Below, piece by piece: positions 44,938 through 54,694 of a stretch of DNA of 64,000 nucleotides. The stretch is from a virus. Its lineage: Duplodnaviria > Caudoviricetes. The DNA is taken from IMG/VR virus record IMGVR_UViG_3300046615_000208, positions 1 through 64,000 of that record; one strand, written 5' to 3'. Below the pieces are notes generated by a model that had not been told where the DNA came from, searched no databases, and worked only from the letters and a program-made list of their open reading frames with translations. Numbering within the stretch: the stretch's first letter is position 1; every line of letters begins with the position of its first letter. Both the position numbers and the translations under genes were made by a program.

Positions 44938-45095
44938 TAGCTTGTGATATAATAATCACATATGCAGAACGGCGGGAAACGTTCTGTCGCTGGTTGAGAT
45001 GAGGCTCCCGGCTGGTGAGTATCCCCGATGCCCCATTCCGGGGATACTCACCCTCTAGTTTCACCAATGAAAACAACAAGAAAGAGAAAATATAC

Positions 45096-45335
45096 ATGGA
45101 TAGCGTAGAAGACGACCTTCACTTCAACCGTATCGGACTGCCGGATGCTGATGCAACCAACTGGCGGACTCGTGCAGAGTATTTCATCGGTGAAGAGGAA
45201 GTCGAGTACAAGGGTTTCCGGGTCGAAGAGGGCAAGTTCCCCATCGTCACCATCACGGCCAAGGACAAGGAAACACTGGATCGAGTCTTCGATATGGTGA
45301 TCGCCTACTCTGACTCGCTGGAACCCGCTGCATGA
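45096..45335 (+). CDS. Hypothetical protein
   Basis: ORF. Confidence 0.6.
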   Translation: MDSVEDDLHFNRIGLPDADATNWRTRAEYFIGEEEVEYKGFRVEEGKFPIVTITAKDKETLDRVFDMVIAYSDSLEPAA

Positions 45336-45535
45336 CAGAAGACGAAGCCCCCAAGGAATTGGGAGATGGTGAGTGGGAAAATGTGTACACCGCCACTGAA
45401 GTCTCTAAACCATGGGAACCCGTTACCCCTAGAGAGGGGAGCAGGCTCTTCATCCAGATCGCGCAGGGTAAGCTTGCTGAATACCTCTACGAGGATGGCC
45501 GCTACAATCTGGTAGGTGAAGACCCCAATGACTGA
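45332..45535 (+). CDS. Hypothetical protein
   Basis: ATGA overlap. Confidence 0.6.
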   Translation: MTEDEAPKELGDGEWENVYTATEVSKPWEPVTPREGSRLFIQIAQGKLAEYLYEDGRYNLVGEDPND

Positions 45536-45707
45536 ATTCGAGAATGTACTGGAAGTTCTTCGATACAACGCCCGATGTCACCGGGTTTCGGTACTGATGG
45601 GAACCAAGGGAGCCTTCGGGGCAACGTACGAGGAAGCCGTGAAGTCTCAAGTACAGCTTGACGAGTACGAGAAAGCTATCGAGATTCTGGAAAACTACAA
45701 GGCATAA
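45528..45707 (+). CDS. Hypothetical protein
   Basis: Overlapping start. Confidence 0.55.
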   Translation: MTEFENVLEVLRYNARCHRVSVLMGTKGAFGATYEEAVKSQVQLDEYEKAIEILENYKA

Positions 45708-45708
45708 G

Positions 45709-45748
45709 AAAAGACCCCCTAGTCTAATTACAGACTGGGGGGTCCTTT
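45709..45748. terminator. Bidirectional terminator
   Basis: AAAAGACCCCCTAGTCT/AGACTGGGGGTCCTTTT. Confidence 0.75.
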
Positions 45749-45751
45749 TCG

Positions 45752-47215
45752 TTATCCGAATCTGGAGCTTCTGCTGCCAAAACCACCGGCTCTTTGGACC
45801 GGACGCTTGGAGGACACACGACCGGCTCCGCGCCCCTGTGGGAGCCTCAAATCTGCCGGTGAGGTAATCTTGCTCCTGTATGCCCTGAGGCCGGGAGGCG
45901 GGTCAATAAGGGCCGCTATGACCCCCCAAACCATGGCATCCATGCGGTCAGGTGAGGACTTGGTGTTCTCCGGGTCGAAGAACATCATTTGGTCGGTCAA
46001 ATCCGGCATCTCGTCCACGAGCTTGACTCGCTTCTGCTGCATGGCAACGATGACCGGTTCGGCCCTCTTGTGCTTACCATGGTGCGCGTTGACCAAGAAC
46101 ACCTTCAGGTTCGGGTCCTTGGCATTGATGACAGACTGTAGAAGCTGTCGGCCTTGGTTGCCTTCAACCACGATGAACTTGGTTCGATGCTCCTTGGCTG
46201 CGTTTACCACGCGGTCCACCCAGATGTCAACCGATCCCTTGATGGAATAGTCTTCAAGGATGTACGCGGTTCTGTCTCTAGGACGCTGCTCGCCAGTTAC
46301 ACCCACAGCAACAATACCACATTCGTCGGCAGGACGCTCGGCCACAGACGGATCGACTGCAATAAATCGTAGTGGAAGGTGAGGAACTTCCTTGGCACTG
46401 ACCTGTGCATCGTTGATCATGGCTTCGGTGAAGAACAGACCTTCCGCTTCCAGAAGCATTTCCCCGAATAGCTCTTGCTTTGCGAGGTCCGATCCCTCAT
46501 ACTGGGAAGTGATGTCATCGAGGTATGCAGCAGACAGGGATGAGTTGTCATAGGTCGAACCCTTGACAATCTTGATACGCCTTGCTGGGTCCTCAGAGTC
46601 CTTGATGAGGTCTTTCATCAGCTTGGTACGTTTAGGCGTAGTGGTACCGAAGATTTGCGGGTTCTTACCTTCACGAACGGCGAACAGGAGGTTGGCCCAT
46701 GCCGTGGTGCCAGCGTCATCCACTGTAGCCTTCAGAGCCGCTAGCTCGTCTGCCCAACCGTAGTGCGCGGACGGACCACGAAGCTGGTCAGGTTTTTCCG
46801 AGGATGTGCACAGGGCGTAGGAGCCACCCGGCCATTCCAGTCTACGCTTGGATGGGATGTATTCGGGCTTGTTATTTGGTGGGGAACACTCTAGAATAGC
46901 CTTGACCATAACGTCTCGAACGTCAGCGCTGGTTCGGCCAAGCAGTAGGATTTCGATGGGCTTACCGGCAAGGTCAGCCTGTTCCACCTTGGAGCGGACC
47001 CATTCGGCTCCTGCTCTTGATTTACCCCAACCACGCCCAGCGAGTGCAAGGAAGATACGCCAAGAGCCGTCTTCAGGGGGACGCTGTTCCGGCCTGCCCC
47101 AGATCGCCCAGTCATAGGCTAGTGCTTGGGCCTGCTCTTCGGTATAGCCGCCCCAGATTTCTTCTTGCTCTTCGAGAGAAAGCTCTGCGATCTCTTCCGC
47201 TATGGATTTTGACAT
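45752..47215 (-). CDS. Terminase large subunit-like protein
   Basis: AGRGWGKSR, LRG..W.DE, TTTP, AVDP, VEGNQG, K..RAEP, SPDRMDA.VW. Confidence 0.88.
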   Translation of the reverse strand: MSKSIAEEIAELSLEEQEEIWGGYTEEQAQALAYDWAIWGRPEQRPPEDGSWRIFLALAGRGWGKSRAGAEWVRSKVEQADLAGKPIEILLLGRTSADVRDVMVKAILECSPPNNKPEYIPSKRRLEWPGGSYALCTSSEKPDQLRGPSAHYGWADELAALKATVDDAGTTAWANLLFAVREGKNPQIFGTTTPKRTKLMKDLIKDSEDPARRIKIVKGSTYDNSSLSAAYLDDITSQYEGSDLAKQELFGEMLLEAEGLFFTEAMINDAQVSAKEVPHLPLRFIAVDPSVAERPADECGIVAVGVTGEQRPRDRTAYILEDYSIKGSVDIWVDRVVNAAKEHRTKFIVVEGNQGRQLLQSVINAKDPNLKVFLVNAHHGKHKRAEPVIVAMQQKRVKLVDEMPDLTDQMMFFDPENTKSSPDRMDAMVWGVIAALIDPPPGLRAYRSKITSPADLRLPQGRGAGRVSSKRPVQRAGGFGSRSSRFG

Positions 47216-47230
47216 TGGTCTGCCTTAGTG

Positions 47231-47485
47231 CTAGAGTTGGGATGACTCTTCCACCGGAGAGACAATGAGGTATGTGGCACCCACAGGAAGGTCCTTAAGT
47301 GCTGCTGTATACTGGTCTGCCAGATCGACCGGAGTGTTGTCCGGAAGTGTGTTGGTCAGCCGGTACTGGTAGCCTGTATTCGGTGGGAAATACTCCGATG
47401 CAACATCTCTGGAGATATGGTCGGCGGTATCGTCGTCGGGAGTCTCGTTTAGTAGCAGGATAGCCCCGCTGAATTTAGTAGTCAT
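47231..47485 (-). CDS. Hypothetical protein upstream of the terminase-like gene
   Basis: ORF on the same strand. Confidence 0.55.
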   Translation of the reverse strand: MTTKFSGAILLLNETPDDDTADHISRDVASEYFPPNTGYQYRLTNTLPDNTPVDLADQYTAALKDLPVGATYLIVSPVEESSQL

Positions 47486-47573
47486 ATCATCAATTATACC
47501 GTATGTCAAGGTACAAAATGTGTTGACATTGTATCTGTTTACTAGTAAACTGGCATTTCAAAAGGAAAGGAAC

Positions 47574-47789
47574 ATGATGAAAATCTATAAAGCACTCTTG
47601 AAGGTCAAGCAAGCCGCTGACCCACTGCGCACTACCCGAGGAATCACGAAAGAAAATCGGGATGAAGCAGTCCAACATCTTGAAACTCTGATGTCCTCGG
47701 TCAAACTCGCCCTTGATGCGGGGGCAACCCGCTATGACATGGTCTGCTCCGTTGCAGGCATGGTCCCCGAGTACCTGAAGGAGGCTTAG
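47574..47789 (+). CDS. Hypothetical protein
   Basis: TTGACA..TAAACT promoter and AAGGA SD. Confidence 0.65.
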   Translation: MMKIYKALLKVKQAADPLRTTRGITKENRDEAVQHLETLMSSVKLALDAGATRYDMVCSVAGMVPEYLKEA

Positions 47790-48214
47790 TGGAGAGCTTC
47801 ATCGAGACCCTAAAGTTCTGGAAGTGGCCCATCTATGGGATGCTTGGAATCACAAGCCTGATTCCTGTGTTCGTCGTGTCGGTTGCAGCACACTCCGCAT
47901 GGATGTGTCTCCCGATCTTTGGGGTTCCTGCTCTGGGCCTCCTGATCGGACTCGGAATCTACAACAACTGTGCAGAACTCTACCTTCTCTCGAAGAAATC
48001 AGGGCCACATTCTGGGGTCAACTACAAGCGCGTACTCCGCCAACTGGAGCGTAGACGTAAAGTCGCAGTACGTAAGATGTGGTCGATGAAGAATTACTCT
48101 TATGATGGCTCAGCCTACTACTCGGATATCATCAAAATCGAGAAGGAGATCGCAGAGCATAAGGGTATCGACTATGTAAGGCCGGAATATCTTCCGTCCA
48201 GTCGGTACTCCTGA
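47789..48214 (+). CDS. Membrane protein
   Basis: Two TM-like segments. Confidence 0.65.
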   Translation: MESFIETLKFWKWPIYGMLGITSLIPVFVVSVAAHSAWMCLPIFGVPALGLLIGLGIYNNCAELYLLSKKSGPHSGVNYKRVLRQLERRRKVAVRKMWSMKNYSYDGSAYYSDIIKIEKEIAEHKGIDYVRPEYLPSSRYS

Positions 48215-48296
48215 GTTGACACTGCCCACTGATGCGTGTAGAGTCAGTGGTGTCGGAAGGGAACCGGCACCACTGACTTTTTGAAAGGACTTGAAT

Positions 48297-48974
48297 ATGC
48301 GACTCGAAGACGCACGAAAGATTTTCCGCGAAGAGATGAACCTGCACGGACTGGAGGCTTGGAAGCTGGAGGTGGTCAATCTGAAGACCACCGCTGGATG
48401 GTGCCAGACCCGTATGTGGAATGAGAACCCGCGACGTAGCTGGGGGACCATTGCATTGTCCGTCCCCTTCATGGAAGTCTTCGATGAAAAGGAGGTCCGC
48501 GAGACTGCCCGCCACGAAGTGGCTCACGCCCTGAACAACCCCAAGAATGACGCACACGGTGCAGAGTGGCGTAAAATCGCCCGAAGCATCGGCTCCACTG
48601 GGAAGCGTTGCGTCTCTATTGATGCACCCAAGGTTCAGTCCCGCTACACCGGTACCTGCCCTCAGGGCCACCAGTACGCACGTCACCGGGAGACGTGGAA
48701 CATGAAAATCCAGTCGCACTACTGCCCCGGTTGCTGGAAGCAGTACAAAGACAAGCAGCGTGCCTACATCACTTGGTTTGACAACCACACCCGCCGCACG
48801 CTAAACTCGACTACACCGGCCATGCCGAAGACGCTGGACACGTCGGTTCCAGTACGTATTGCCGCACAGAAGGTCTCAACGCCTGTGCGAAGGACTGTTC
48901 CGGTTCCTGCCAAGGAACTGTCATGGAAAGAGAAATTCGACCGGGGAATGGCCTCGTTCGGTGATGACTGGTAA
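48297..48974 (+). CDS. SprT-like metalloprotease
   Basis: TTAGWC, HEVAH, HG.EW, C..C. Confidence 0.85.
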   Translation: MRLEDARKIFREEMNLHGLEAWKLEVVNLKTTAGWCQTRMWNENPRRSWGTIALSVPFMEVFDEKEVRETARHEVAHALNNPKNDAHGAEWRKIARSIGSTGKRCVSIDAPKVQSRYTGTCPQGHQYARHRETWNMKIQSHYCPGCWKQYKDKQRAYITWFDNHTRRTLNSTTPAMPKTLDTSVPVRIAAQKVSTPVRRTVPVPAKELSWKEKFDRGMASFGDDW

Positions 48975-49004
48975 GAAAGATCACAAACAAGTAAAGGAGA
49001 ACAT

Positions 49005-49799
49005 ATGGTGAAGACAGCAGAAGAGCTAGAGGCCAAAGTAACCGAACTCAAGCAGATCGGATCGCCCAGCGCCCTCTCTAAGGCCCGAGAACTGGAATGG
49101 GCACTGGGACATGAGGTAGAGGCTGATGAGGACGCAGACCGCATCACAGACGCTCTCTTGGGCAGTGTGAAGACACAGGAGCCTGACCTGATTGAGCAGG
49201 TCCCGGAGTTTGCCCGGACCCACAATCTCTACACCTTCTCCAAGCAGAAGGAAGCCACAGACAAGTTCAAGGACCTGACGTGGCCCGGACATGGTGCTTC
49301 CAAGGAAGAGCTTGATGAGTACTTTAAGATGCAACAGGAGAGGGAAAAGACAGAGCAGGAACGCACCCTCGGTAAGTCCTTCAAGTGGGAGAAGCTTCTG
49401 GGAACGGAACTTCTTAAGTCCACGCAGAAGCTCCTGAAGAAGAACAAGTCTGAAGACACCTACGACGAGGGTTTCTACACCAAGATTCCGGATGAGGCCG
49501 CAGGCATTTCGGATGCTGAACTGATCGCTTCGCTGAACCCTACCGGCAAGCACCGCCCCCTTCTGGACATCGATTTTCCAGCGGCTGTGATCCCTTCCTC
49601 CACGGAAGGCCATTGCCACCTGTACATCGACAAGGAACTGGAGTGGAAGGAATACAAGAAGCTCTTGAATGTTCTGGCTGACCTCGGCATCATTGAACAT
49701 GGATATCGTGGAGCCTCCTTGGCTCGTGGATATTCGGCACTAAGACTTCCTTGGATCAAGAAAGACGAAGAGGACAAGGTCGTAACTCAAAAATTCTAG
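49005..49799 (+). CDS. Hypothetical protein
   Basis: HRPLLDID..PSST.GH.HLYID..LRLP tail. Confidence 0.75.
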   Translation: MVKTAEELEAKVTELKQIGSPSALSKARELEWALGHEVEADEDADRITDALLGSVKTQEPDLIEQVPEFARTHNLYTFSKQKEATDKFKDLTWPGHGASKEELDEYFKMQQEREKTEQERTLGKSFKWEKLLGTELLKSTQKLLKKNKSEDTYDEGFYTKIPDEAAGISDAELIASLNPTGKHRPLLDIDFPAAVIPSSTEGHCHLYIDKELEWKEYKKLLNVLADLGIIEHGYRGASLARGYSALRLPWIKKDEEDKVVTQKF

Positions 49800-49810
49800 A
49801 AAGGAACATA

Positions 49811-50536
49811 ATGTGGACTAAGGTCCTGAACTGGGTCAAGACCTTATTTATTGGACAGCCGCCAAAGCCGCCCATTGAATATATACCTGAATATAAGACT
49901 CCGGAAGTGTGGCCGTACGATTCTCCGAGACCACCTAACGAGGTCATCCATAAACTGAATATGGGGCTGGAAACAGTCAACGACCACATCATGTACCGTT
50001 CTCAGGATACCGGAAGGTTTGCTGGACAGATTCAGTGGGAGGGCGAAGTATGGCTTGTCAAGCACTTGACCTACTGGCTCGCCGGTGGTACACTGTTAGA
50101 AGGCCACAAGTTCGAGACGATCCGGGCCACCTGTGATTGGCAGAAATGTTGCCGACCAGATCACCTGAAGCCTAAATACGCTCCTTCGAAGAAGGTAGAG
50201 GAAAAGCCTAAGCCAAAGCAGCGCAAGCCTAAGCTCGATGTGAATATGGTGGCTGGACCTCCGGAGTACAAAACCAAACCGCAGGCGATCCGTCCGCACT
50301 CCAAGACGGAAGACGATCTACTGGGTGGAGACCGGACAAAATGCGTAAGTTCCAAGGTCTACTTCCCGGATGAGCCTGAAGCCAAAGAGGTTGCTGCTGA
50401 GTGGAACAGACGTTTCCGAACACCCGGAGGCCGTAAACTTTACGGATACACCTGTGACTGGTGTGCTGGTGGTCACCTGACCAAACAGAACCCGGAAACA
50501 CGCCCGAAGTACAAACACAAAGGCTCTTGGAGCTAG
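49811..50536 (+). CDS. Degenerate HNH domain plus C-terminal Zn-finger protein
   Basis: TCD..CCRPDHL; Y.C.WC.G.HLT. Confidence 0.65.
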   Translation: MWTKVLNWVKTLFIGQPPKPPIEYIPEYKTPEVWPYDSPRPPNEVIHKLNMGLETVNDHIMYRSQDTGRFAGQIQWEGEVWLVKHLTYWLAGGTLLEGHKFETIRATCDWQKCCRPDHLKPKYAPSKKVEEKPKPKQRKPKLDVNMVAGPPEYKTKPQAIRPHSKTEDDLLGGDRTKCVSSKVYFPDEPEAKEVAAEWNRRFRTPGGRKLYGYTCDWCAGGHLTKQNPETRPKYKHKGSWS

Positions 50537-50552
50537 ATTGAAAGGAAAATGA

Positions 50553-51077
50553 ATGACAACGATTATCGCAAAAGAGCATAATGGAGAGGTCATCATTGGA
50601 TTCGATTCACTCGTATCCGGTGGGGAGTCCTTCGAAATGGAACAGGACAAGGTCTTTGTCAACAATGGGGTAATCTACGGCGTTGCCGGGAGACTGTTGC
50701 TCTCCACTGAAATCAAGCACGCCCATATGCCTTCGCCCCCAACTGAGGTCTCGGATACAGATGGTTGGGTCTCAAGCACCCTGTCTCCGAAGATTCGGCA
50801 CATCCTCAACACTGTCAACCCACGTCGTGGTCAGGACGAATTCGGCATGCAGATTCTGGTTGTCGCGAACAACAGAATCTATGAGATCGGCTGTGACACC
50901 GCGTGGTACCGCAAAGTGGACGGAGTCTATGCAATCGGCTCCGGGAGTCCTTATGCCTCTGGTGCCCTGTCTCATGGTGCGACCATCAAGGACGCATTGG
51001 CAATTGCGGCAGAACGCGACTCGCACACTGGCGGACGGCTCACGGTCACCACTGCACGCAAACTGCTGAGCAAGTAA
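50553..51077 (+). CDS. Ntn-hydrolase (HslV/proteasome beta-like) peptidase
   Basis: N-terminal (M)TTI, DS, K, G.AG, AIGSGS.YA.GAL, D..TGG. Confidence 0.8.
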   Translation: MTTIIAKEHNGEVIIGFDSLVSGGESFEMEQDKVFVNNGVIYGVAGRLLLSTEIKHAHMPSPPTEVSDTDGWVSSTLSPKIRHILNTVNPRRGQDEFGMQILVVANNRIYEIGCDTAWYRKVDGVYAIGSGSPYASGALSHGATIKDALAIAAERDSHTGGRLTVTTARKLLSK

Positions 51078-51295
51078 TGCAGAGCCTGCTCAAACGCCTC
51101 AGGAAGGCCTCTGACGACCTCTACATCTTCCGCAAGACCCGCAGTGACATCCGTAGCGCGGAAGCCCGTCTATCGGCCATACACTCCGCGTGGAACGATG
51201 CTGGGCCTGTGCCCGACTACCATGAGCATATGAAGAACAAACTGCGCCGCGACTGGCCCACCCTTGCAGGTGCTTTGGACGAAGCTACCAAGTAG
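51077..51295 (+). CDS. Hypothetical protein
   Basis: Coupled TAATG. Confidence 0.6.
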   Translation: MQSLLKRLRKASDDLYIFRKTRSDIRSAEARLSAIHSAWNDAGPVPDYHEHMKNKLRRDWPTLAGALDEATK

Positions 51296-51378
51296 TTTGA
51301 CGGAGCCACCCAAGTAGTGGTAGTATCGAGGGACCGAAAGCAAGCTGGGGAAAGAAAAAGAAAGGTCTGAATAACTTA

Positions 51379-51600
51379 ATGGAAGATGCGATTGGAATTG
51401 ATGATTTCATTCTGGAGTGCTGGTCTATTGATGATTCTGGTTGGAAGTTCACGCTTTTCTCCGACCTTTGGTGGGAAATCAAAGCTGAGTCTGAGGACCT
51501 TGGTGAATTCAGGGCACACTCGTTGTACCACGATGATGTCGAAGTAACTCTGGCTAGGATGCTGGATCAAATCCGTAAGACCGCAGACGCGGTTCTCTAA
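51379..51600 (+). CDS. Hypothetical protein
   Basis: ORF. Confidence 0.55.
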   Translation: MEDAIGIDDFILECWSIDDSGWKFTLFSDLWWEIKAESEDLGEFRAHSLYHDDVEVTLARMLDQIRKTADAVL

Positions 51601-51615
51601 CAAAGAAAGAACACT

Positions 51616-51768
51616 ATGACTAGTATTACTGACAAGATTCTCAAGCAGCTTGAAGAGTACAAGCTGAAGTCCATCATCAACACCAAGACCAAGAAGGAAC
51701 GCTTCGCCAAGGCCCGCAAGGCTGGCTATAGCGTCGAGTTCGCGGTCATCTTCGCTACCCAGAAGTAG
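51616..51768 (+). CDS. Small basic protein
   Basis: 50 aa, biased codons. Confidence 0.55.
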   Translation: MTSITDKILKQLEEYKLKSIINTKTKKERFAKARKAGYSVEFAVIFATQK

Positions 51769-51779
51769 CCGACAAAAGG

Positions 51780-51821
51780 AAGGACCCAGTACTTGACAGG
51801 TGCTGGGTCCTTCTGTATGCT
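51780..51821 (+). promoter_or_regulatory. Hairpin with TTGACA in its loop; leaderless promoter
   Basis: AAGGACCCAGTAC/GTGCTGGGTCCTT; TTGACA-N17-TATGCT-N6-ATG. Confidence 0.7.
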
Positions 51822-51827
51822 GTAGGT

Positions 51828-52253
51828 ATGAACAACGACGACTTTGATCCGATCACGGAGAGCCTACTCGCCTTACTGCCGTACAACTCGGAGATCATCT
51901 TCCCGGACGGGAAAACGTACCGTAAGGAGTTCTCTGCCGAAGACCTCGAATGGACGGAACTGGACGGAAGATGGAGGGACTCCCCTCGGAAAGCAAGTGC
52001 TAGGCTGACTGCTGAGTACTCCGAAGCGCAAATCTGGGCTGGAGACCACAAAAATACCAACCACAAGTACGTCACTGGAGACCGGCTCGACCATATCGAA
52101 GCTGAAGCGAAGAGGCTGGTGGGACAGTCCCAGCAGTCTTTTAGCACAGCACGGACACAGGATGATCTTCTCAATGCAAAGATGCAGGCCGTACGTGCAC
52201 AAGGAATGAATGAAGCACTCCGGATGGTCCGGGGATACCACGAAGGGATTTAG
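51828..52253 (+). CDS. Hypothetical protein
   Basis: Leaderless start. Confidence 0.65.
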   Translation: MNNDDFDPITESLLALLPYNSEIIFPDGKTYRKEFSAEDLEWTELDGRWRDSPRKASARLTAEYSEAQIWAGDHKNTNHKYVTGDRLDHIEAEAKRLVGQSQQSFSTARTQDDLLNAKMQAVRAQGMNEALRMVRGYHEGI

Positions 52254-52255
52254 CA

Positions 52256-52705
52256 ATGACATCACACTATGAAACTAAAGACACTTGGGGCGCTAAGATC
52301 AGCCTCGAACATAACAACAGCCGCTCTGGTGCTTCTGGTCACAATGTGCTGGTCACGGCTGAAGCAACGTTCCGGGATGACATTGTCTATGCCAGCGTGA
52401 AGGGCGAGAAGACAATTCGGGAGTTCCTCTACAACTTCGCCGTTATCGGTGGTATTATCAAAGAAGGTGAAACCCTCTCCATTGATGAACCATCCGACAG
52501 AGATGTACCTAACGATGGTACGTACAAGCTCACTGGAGCATCGGAGTCTCGCCAGATCGCAATCGTTCAGGGTGGCCGGGTTATGGTTCCACAGCCAGAG
52601 GATGGCACCATCATCGACTACACGGATGTCTACCTGTCCAAGTACTCGCAATGGGAACTGACCCCTCTGGAGAAGGCAGAGCGGAGCGTCCGGACCAATG
52701 CCTAA
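52256..52705 (+). CDS. Hypothetical protein
   Basis: Tightly packed ORF. Confidence 0.65.
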   Translation: MTSHYETKDTWGAKISLEHNNSRSGASGHNVLVTAEATFRDDIVYASVKGEKTIREFLYNFAVIGGIIKEGETLSIDEPSDRDVPNDGTYKLTGASESRQIAIVQGGRVMVPQPEDGTIIDYTDVYLSKYSQWELTPLEKAERSVRTNA

Positions 52706-53078
52706 CTGGCCTACACCCCTTGACCTACAGGAGCGCTATGACCACGCTGAGAAGATGCTCAGCGCCGCGTCACAGGTCCATGATTCCGTGGCGGTCCAGT
52801 TTTACGCCGGTCAGCTTTCTGTGTTAGGCTTGTTCGTAGAAGATGATGTACTGATCCCGGAAAAGGAGATAGCCGTCTACTCGCCCAACTCTAGGGTCCA
52901 TGACACCATGAAGGTGATCAACACAGGTAACCCGGAGGAAGATATCGAATACGCGAACAAATTCGCAGATTCGTACAAAGAACAGGCCCGAGAGGGTGGC
53001 ATTCATGCTGACAAAGATGCTACAGTGGTATATCGATATGTCACGGAGTGGCAGAAGCTAGAGGAAAGGAACAAGTAA
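52698..53078 (+). CDS. Hypothetical protein
   Basis: Tightly packed ORF. Confidence 0.65.
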   Translation: MPNWPTPLDLQERYDHAEKMLSAASQVHDSVAVQFYAGQLSVLGLFVEDDVLIPEKEIAVYSPNSRVHDTMKVINTGNPEEDIEYANKFADSYKEQAREGGIHADKDATVVYRYVTEWQKLEERNK

Positions 53079-53552
53079 ATGGAGATTGCACTCGCAATTT
53101 TCCTCGGTACCGTATTTAGTATCGGAGGTCTCGGGACACTGATCTACGTGAAGGCAAAGGACGACTGGAACGCGCTCTTCAGCCGTGCCGCACAGATCGG
53201 TAGAGCCAACCTTGGCACCAAGTCTTCCCGGTTGGGGCTGGAGTTTCAGAAAAAGCCGGTAAGCAATGAACTGGCTGTACGGGACTGGCAGGCGGAATAT
53301 GAGGGCCGTAAGGAACTGGCACTGGTCAACAAGGAATTCCATGTCATCGTCCGTTCGTGGAACGAAATCAACGACAATTACTACGATGGTATCGAAGAGC
53401 GTTGGTTCTGGGAGTGCGCCTGTGGCGAAAAGCAGCACCGCAAGAACAGGGAAGCTGGCCGCAACTCTGCACGTCGCCACCTTGAACTGATGGGTGGTCG
53501 CAACGAAGAGGGCGTACGGGACGAAGGCTGGCTCCGGGGGAAAGGATTCTAA
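53079..53552 (+). CDS. Membrane-anchored protein with Zn-finger-like WECACG..H
   Basis: N-terminal TM. Confidence 0.65.
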   Translation: MEIALAIFLGTVFSIGGLGTLIYVKAKDDWNALFSRAAQIGRANLGTKSSRLGLEFQKKPVSNELAVRDWQAEYEGRKELALVNKEFHVIVRSWNEINDNYYDGIEERWFWECACGEKQHRKNREAGRNSARRHLELMGGRNEEGVRDEGWLRGKGF

Positions 53553-53764
53553 TGCCAGATGAAAAGGAAACCATTGAGGCCAGTAAAATCACTGTCGGGG
53601 ATTTGAAGGCGGCAGATATAGAGGCAGGTCACATTGCCATCGGGATCATCAACATGGAGACCGGTAAGCAGGGCGTAAGACACCTGTACAGTGATCGGTA
53701 CCGCGAGCGCTGGCCTCAGGATCAGTACCCGGAGAAGTACGAAGAGGATGGTCCTGTTGAGTAA
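53552..53764 (+). CDS. Hypothetical protein
   Basis: Coupled start. Confidence 0.55.
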   Translation: MPDEKETIEASKITVGDLKAADIEAGHIAIGIINMETGKQGVRHLYSDRYRERWPQDQYPEKYEEDGPVE

Positions 53765-54083
53765 ACATCGCAGGGAGGGTGCAAATCTTACTTGCACCCT
53801 CCAAGGCCATACTTGGGTAAAGAACGGCTGGACAGGCCGGTCCTACCCGTACTGGGAGACTGACGCATTTAAAACCGGTGAGGAATACCCTCTCCACCTT
53901 GACGAGGTCCGACAGTGGTACTGCAAACGTAGCTGCGGGTCGCACCGCTACACGTTCGAGAACTGGGACCACGAGTTGTCCCGCGAAGAAAAGGCCCTGC
54001 TTAGAATTAGGGATCGCGCCACAGTAGCTGCTATGATGTGGTTACTAGACGGAGAGGATGAAGATGAACCAGAACAATCTTGA
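53748..54083 (+). CDS. Hypothetical protein (C..GH.W..C..C)
   Basis: ORF. Confidence 0.55.
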   Translation: MVLLSKHRREGANLTCTLQGHTWVKNGWTGRSYPYWETDAFKTGEEYPLHLDEVRQWYCKRSCGSHRYTFENWDHELSREEKALLRIRDRATVAAMMWLLDGEDEDEPEQS

Positions 54084-54399
54084 CGTGCTGAAGGCACGCG
54101 TGAAGGCCGCTGAAGGGCACGGAGTGCCTACACTGGTGGTGGCGACAGTGGAGCTTCGTGAAGCCCTAGACCGGCTGGAGAAGCTGGAGGAACTGGTGAA
54201 GGAGGTTACCTTCAAGGTCGGGGATGTGGTCCGCGAGGTGGGAGATGACGAGCCGACCGGTGAGATCATCCAGATCAAGGAAGGCCGGGACGAGAAGGCG
54301 TACGTCGTGAATCTGTACAGCCCGCCGCCAACGGCTGGGTTCACGTCCATCACCTACTACGCGGACGAGATCGAACTGATTGAGAGGCCGAGCAAGTGA
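54064..54399 (+). CDS. Hypothetical protein with FKVGD.V (SH3/KOW-like) domain
   Basis: ORF. Confidence 0.65.
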   Translation: MNQNNLDVLKARVKAAEGHGVPTLVVATVELREALDRLEKLEELVKEVTFKVGDVVREVGDDEPTGEIIQIKEGRDEKAYVVNLYSPPPTAGFTSITYYADEIELIERPSK

Positions 54400-54448
54400 A
54401 AACCCGTACTGTATTGACAAATTGATGCGTAACGACTAAACTGTAGGT

Positions 54449-54694
54449 ATGACTGAAGTAATCCACAGATACATCGGGACGGTATCCAAAACCAAGGCAA
54501 CGGATTTGACAGAAGCCTCCATCGTATGGTTTGATGGTGAGTACCGGAGCCTCGCAGCTATTGCCTATGAAGGCAACAAGGTTCGTCTCCGTTTCAACTG
54601 GCTCTCCCAAGAATGGGATCGAAGTTTGACAACGAAGGAAACGGTACGTACGCTGGGTACGTACCGAGTTACAGGAATCAAAGAAGGGGAGTAA
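54449..54694 (+). CDS. Hypothetical protein
   Basis: Leaderless-type start. Confidence 0.6.
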   Translation: MTEVIHRYIGTVSKTKATDLTEASIVWFDGEYRSLAAIAYEGNKVRLRFNWLSQEWDRSLTTKETVRTLGTYRVTGIKEGE

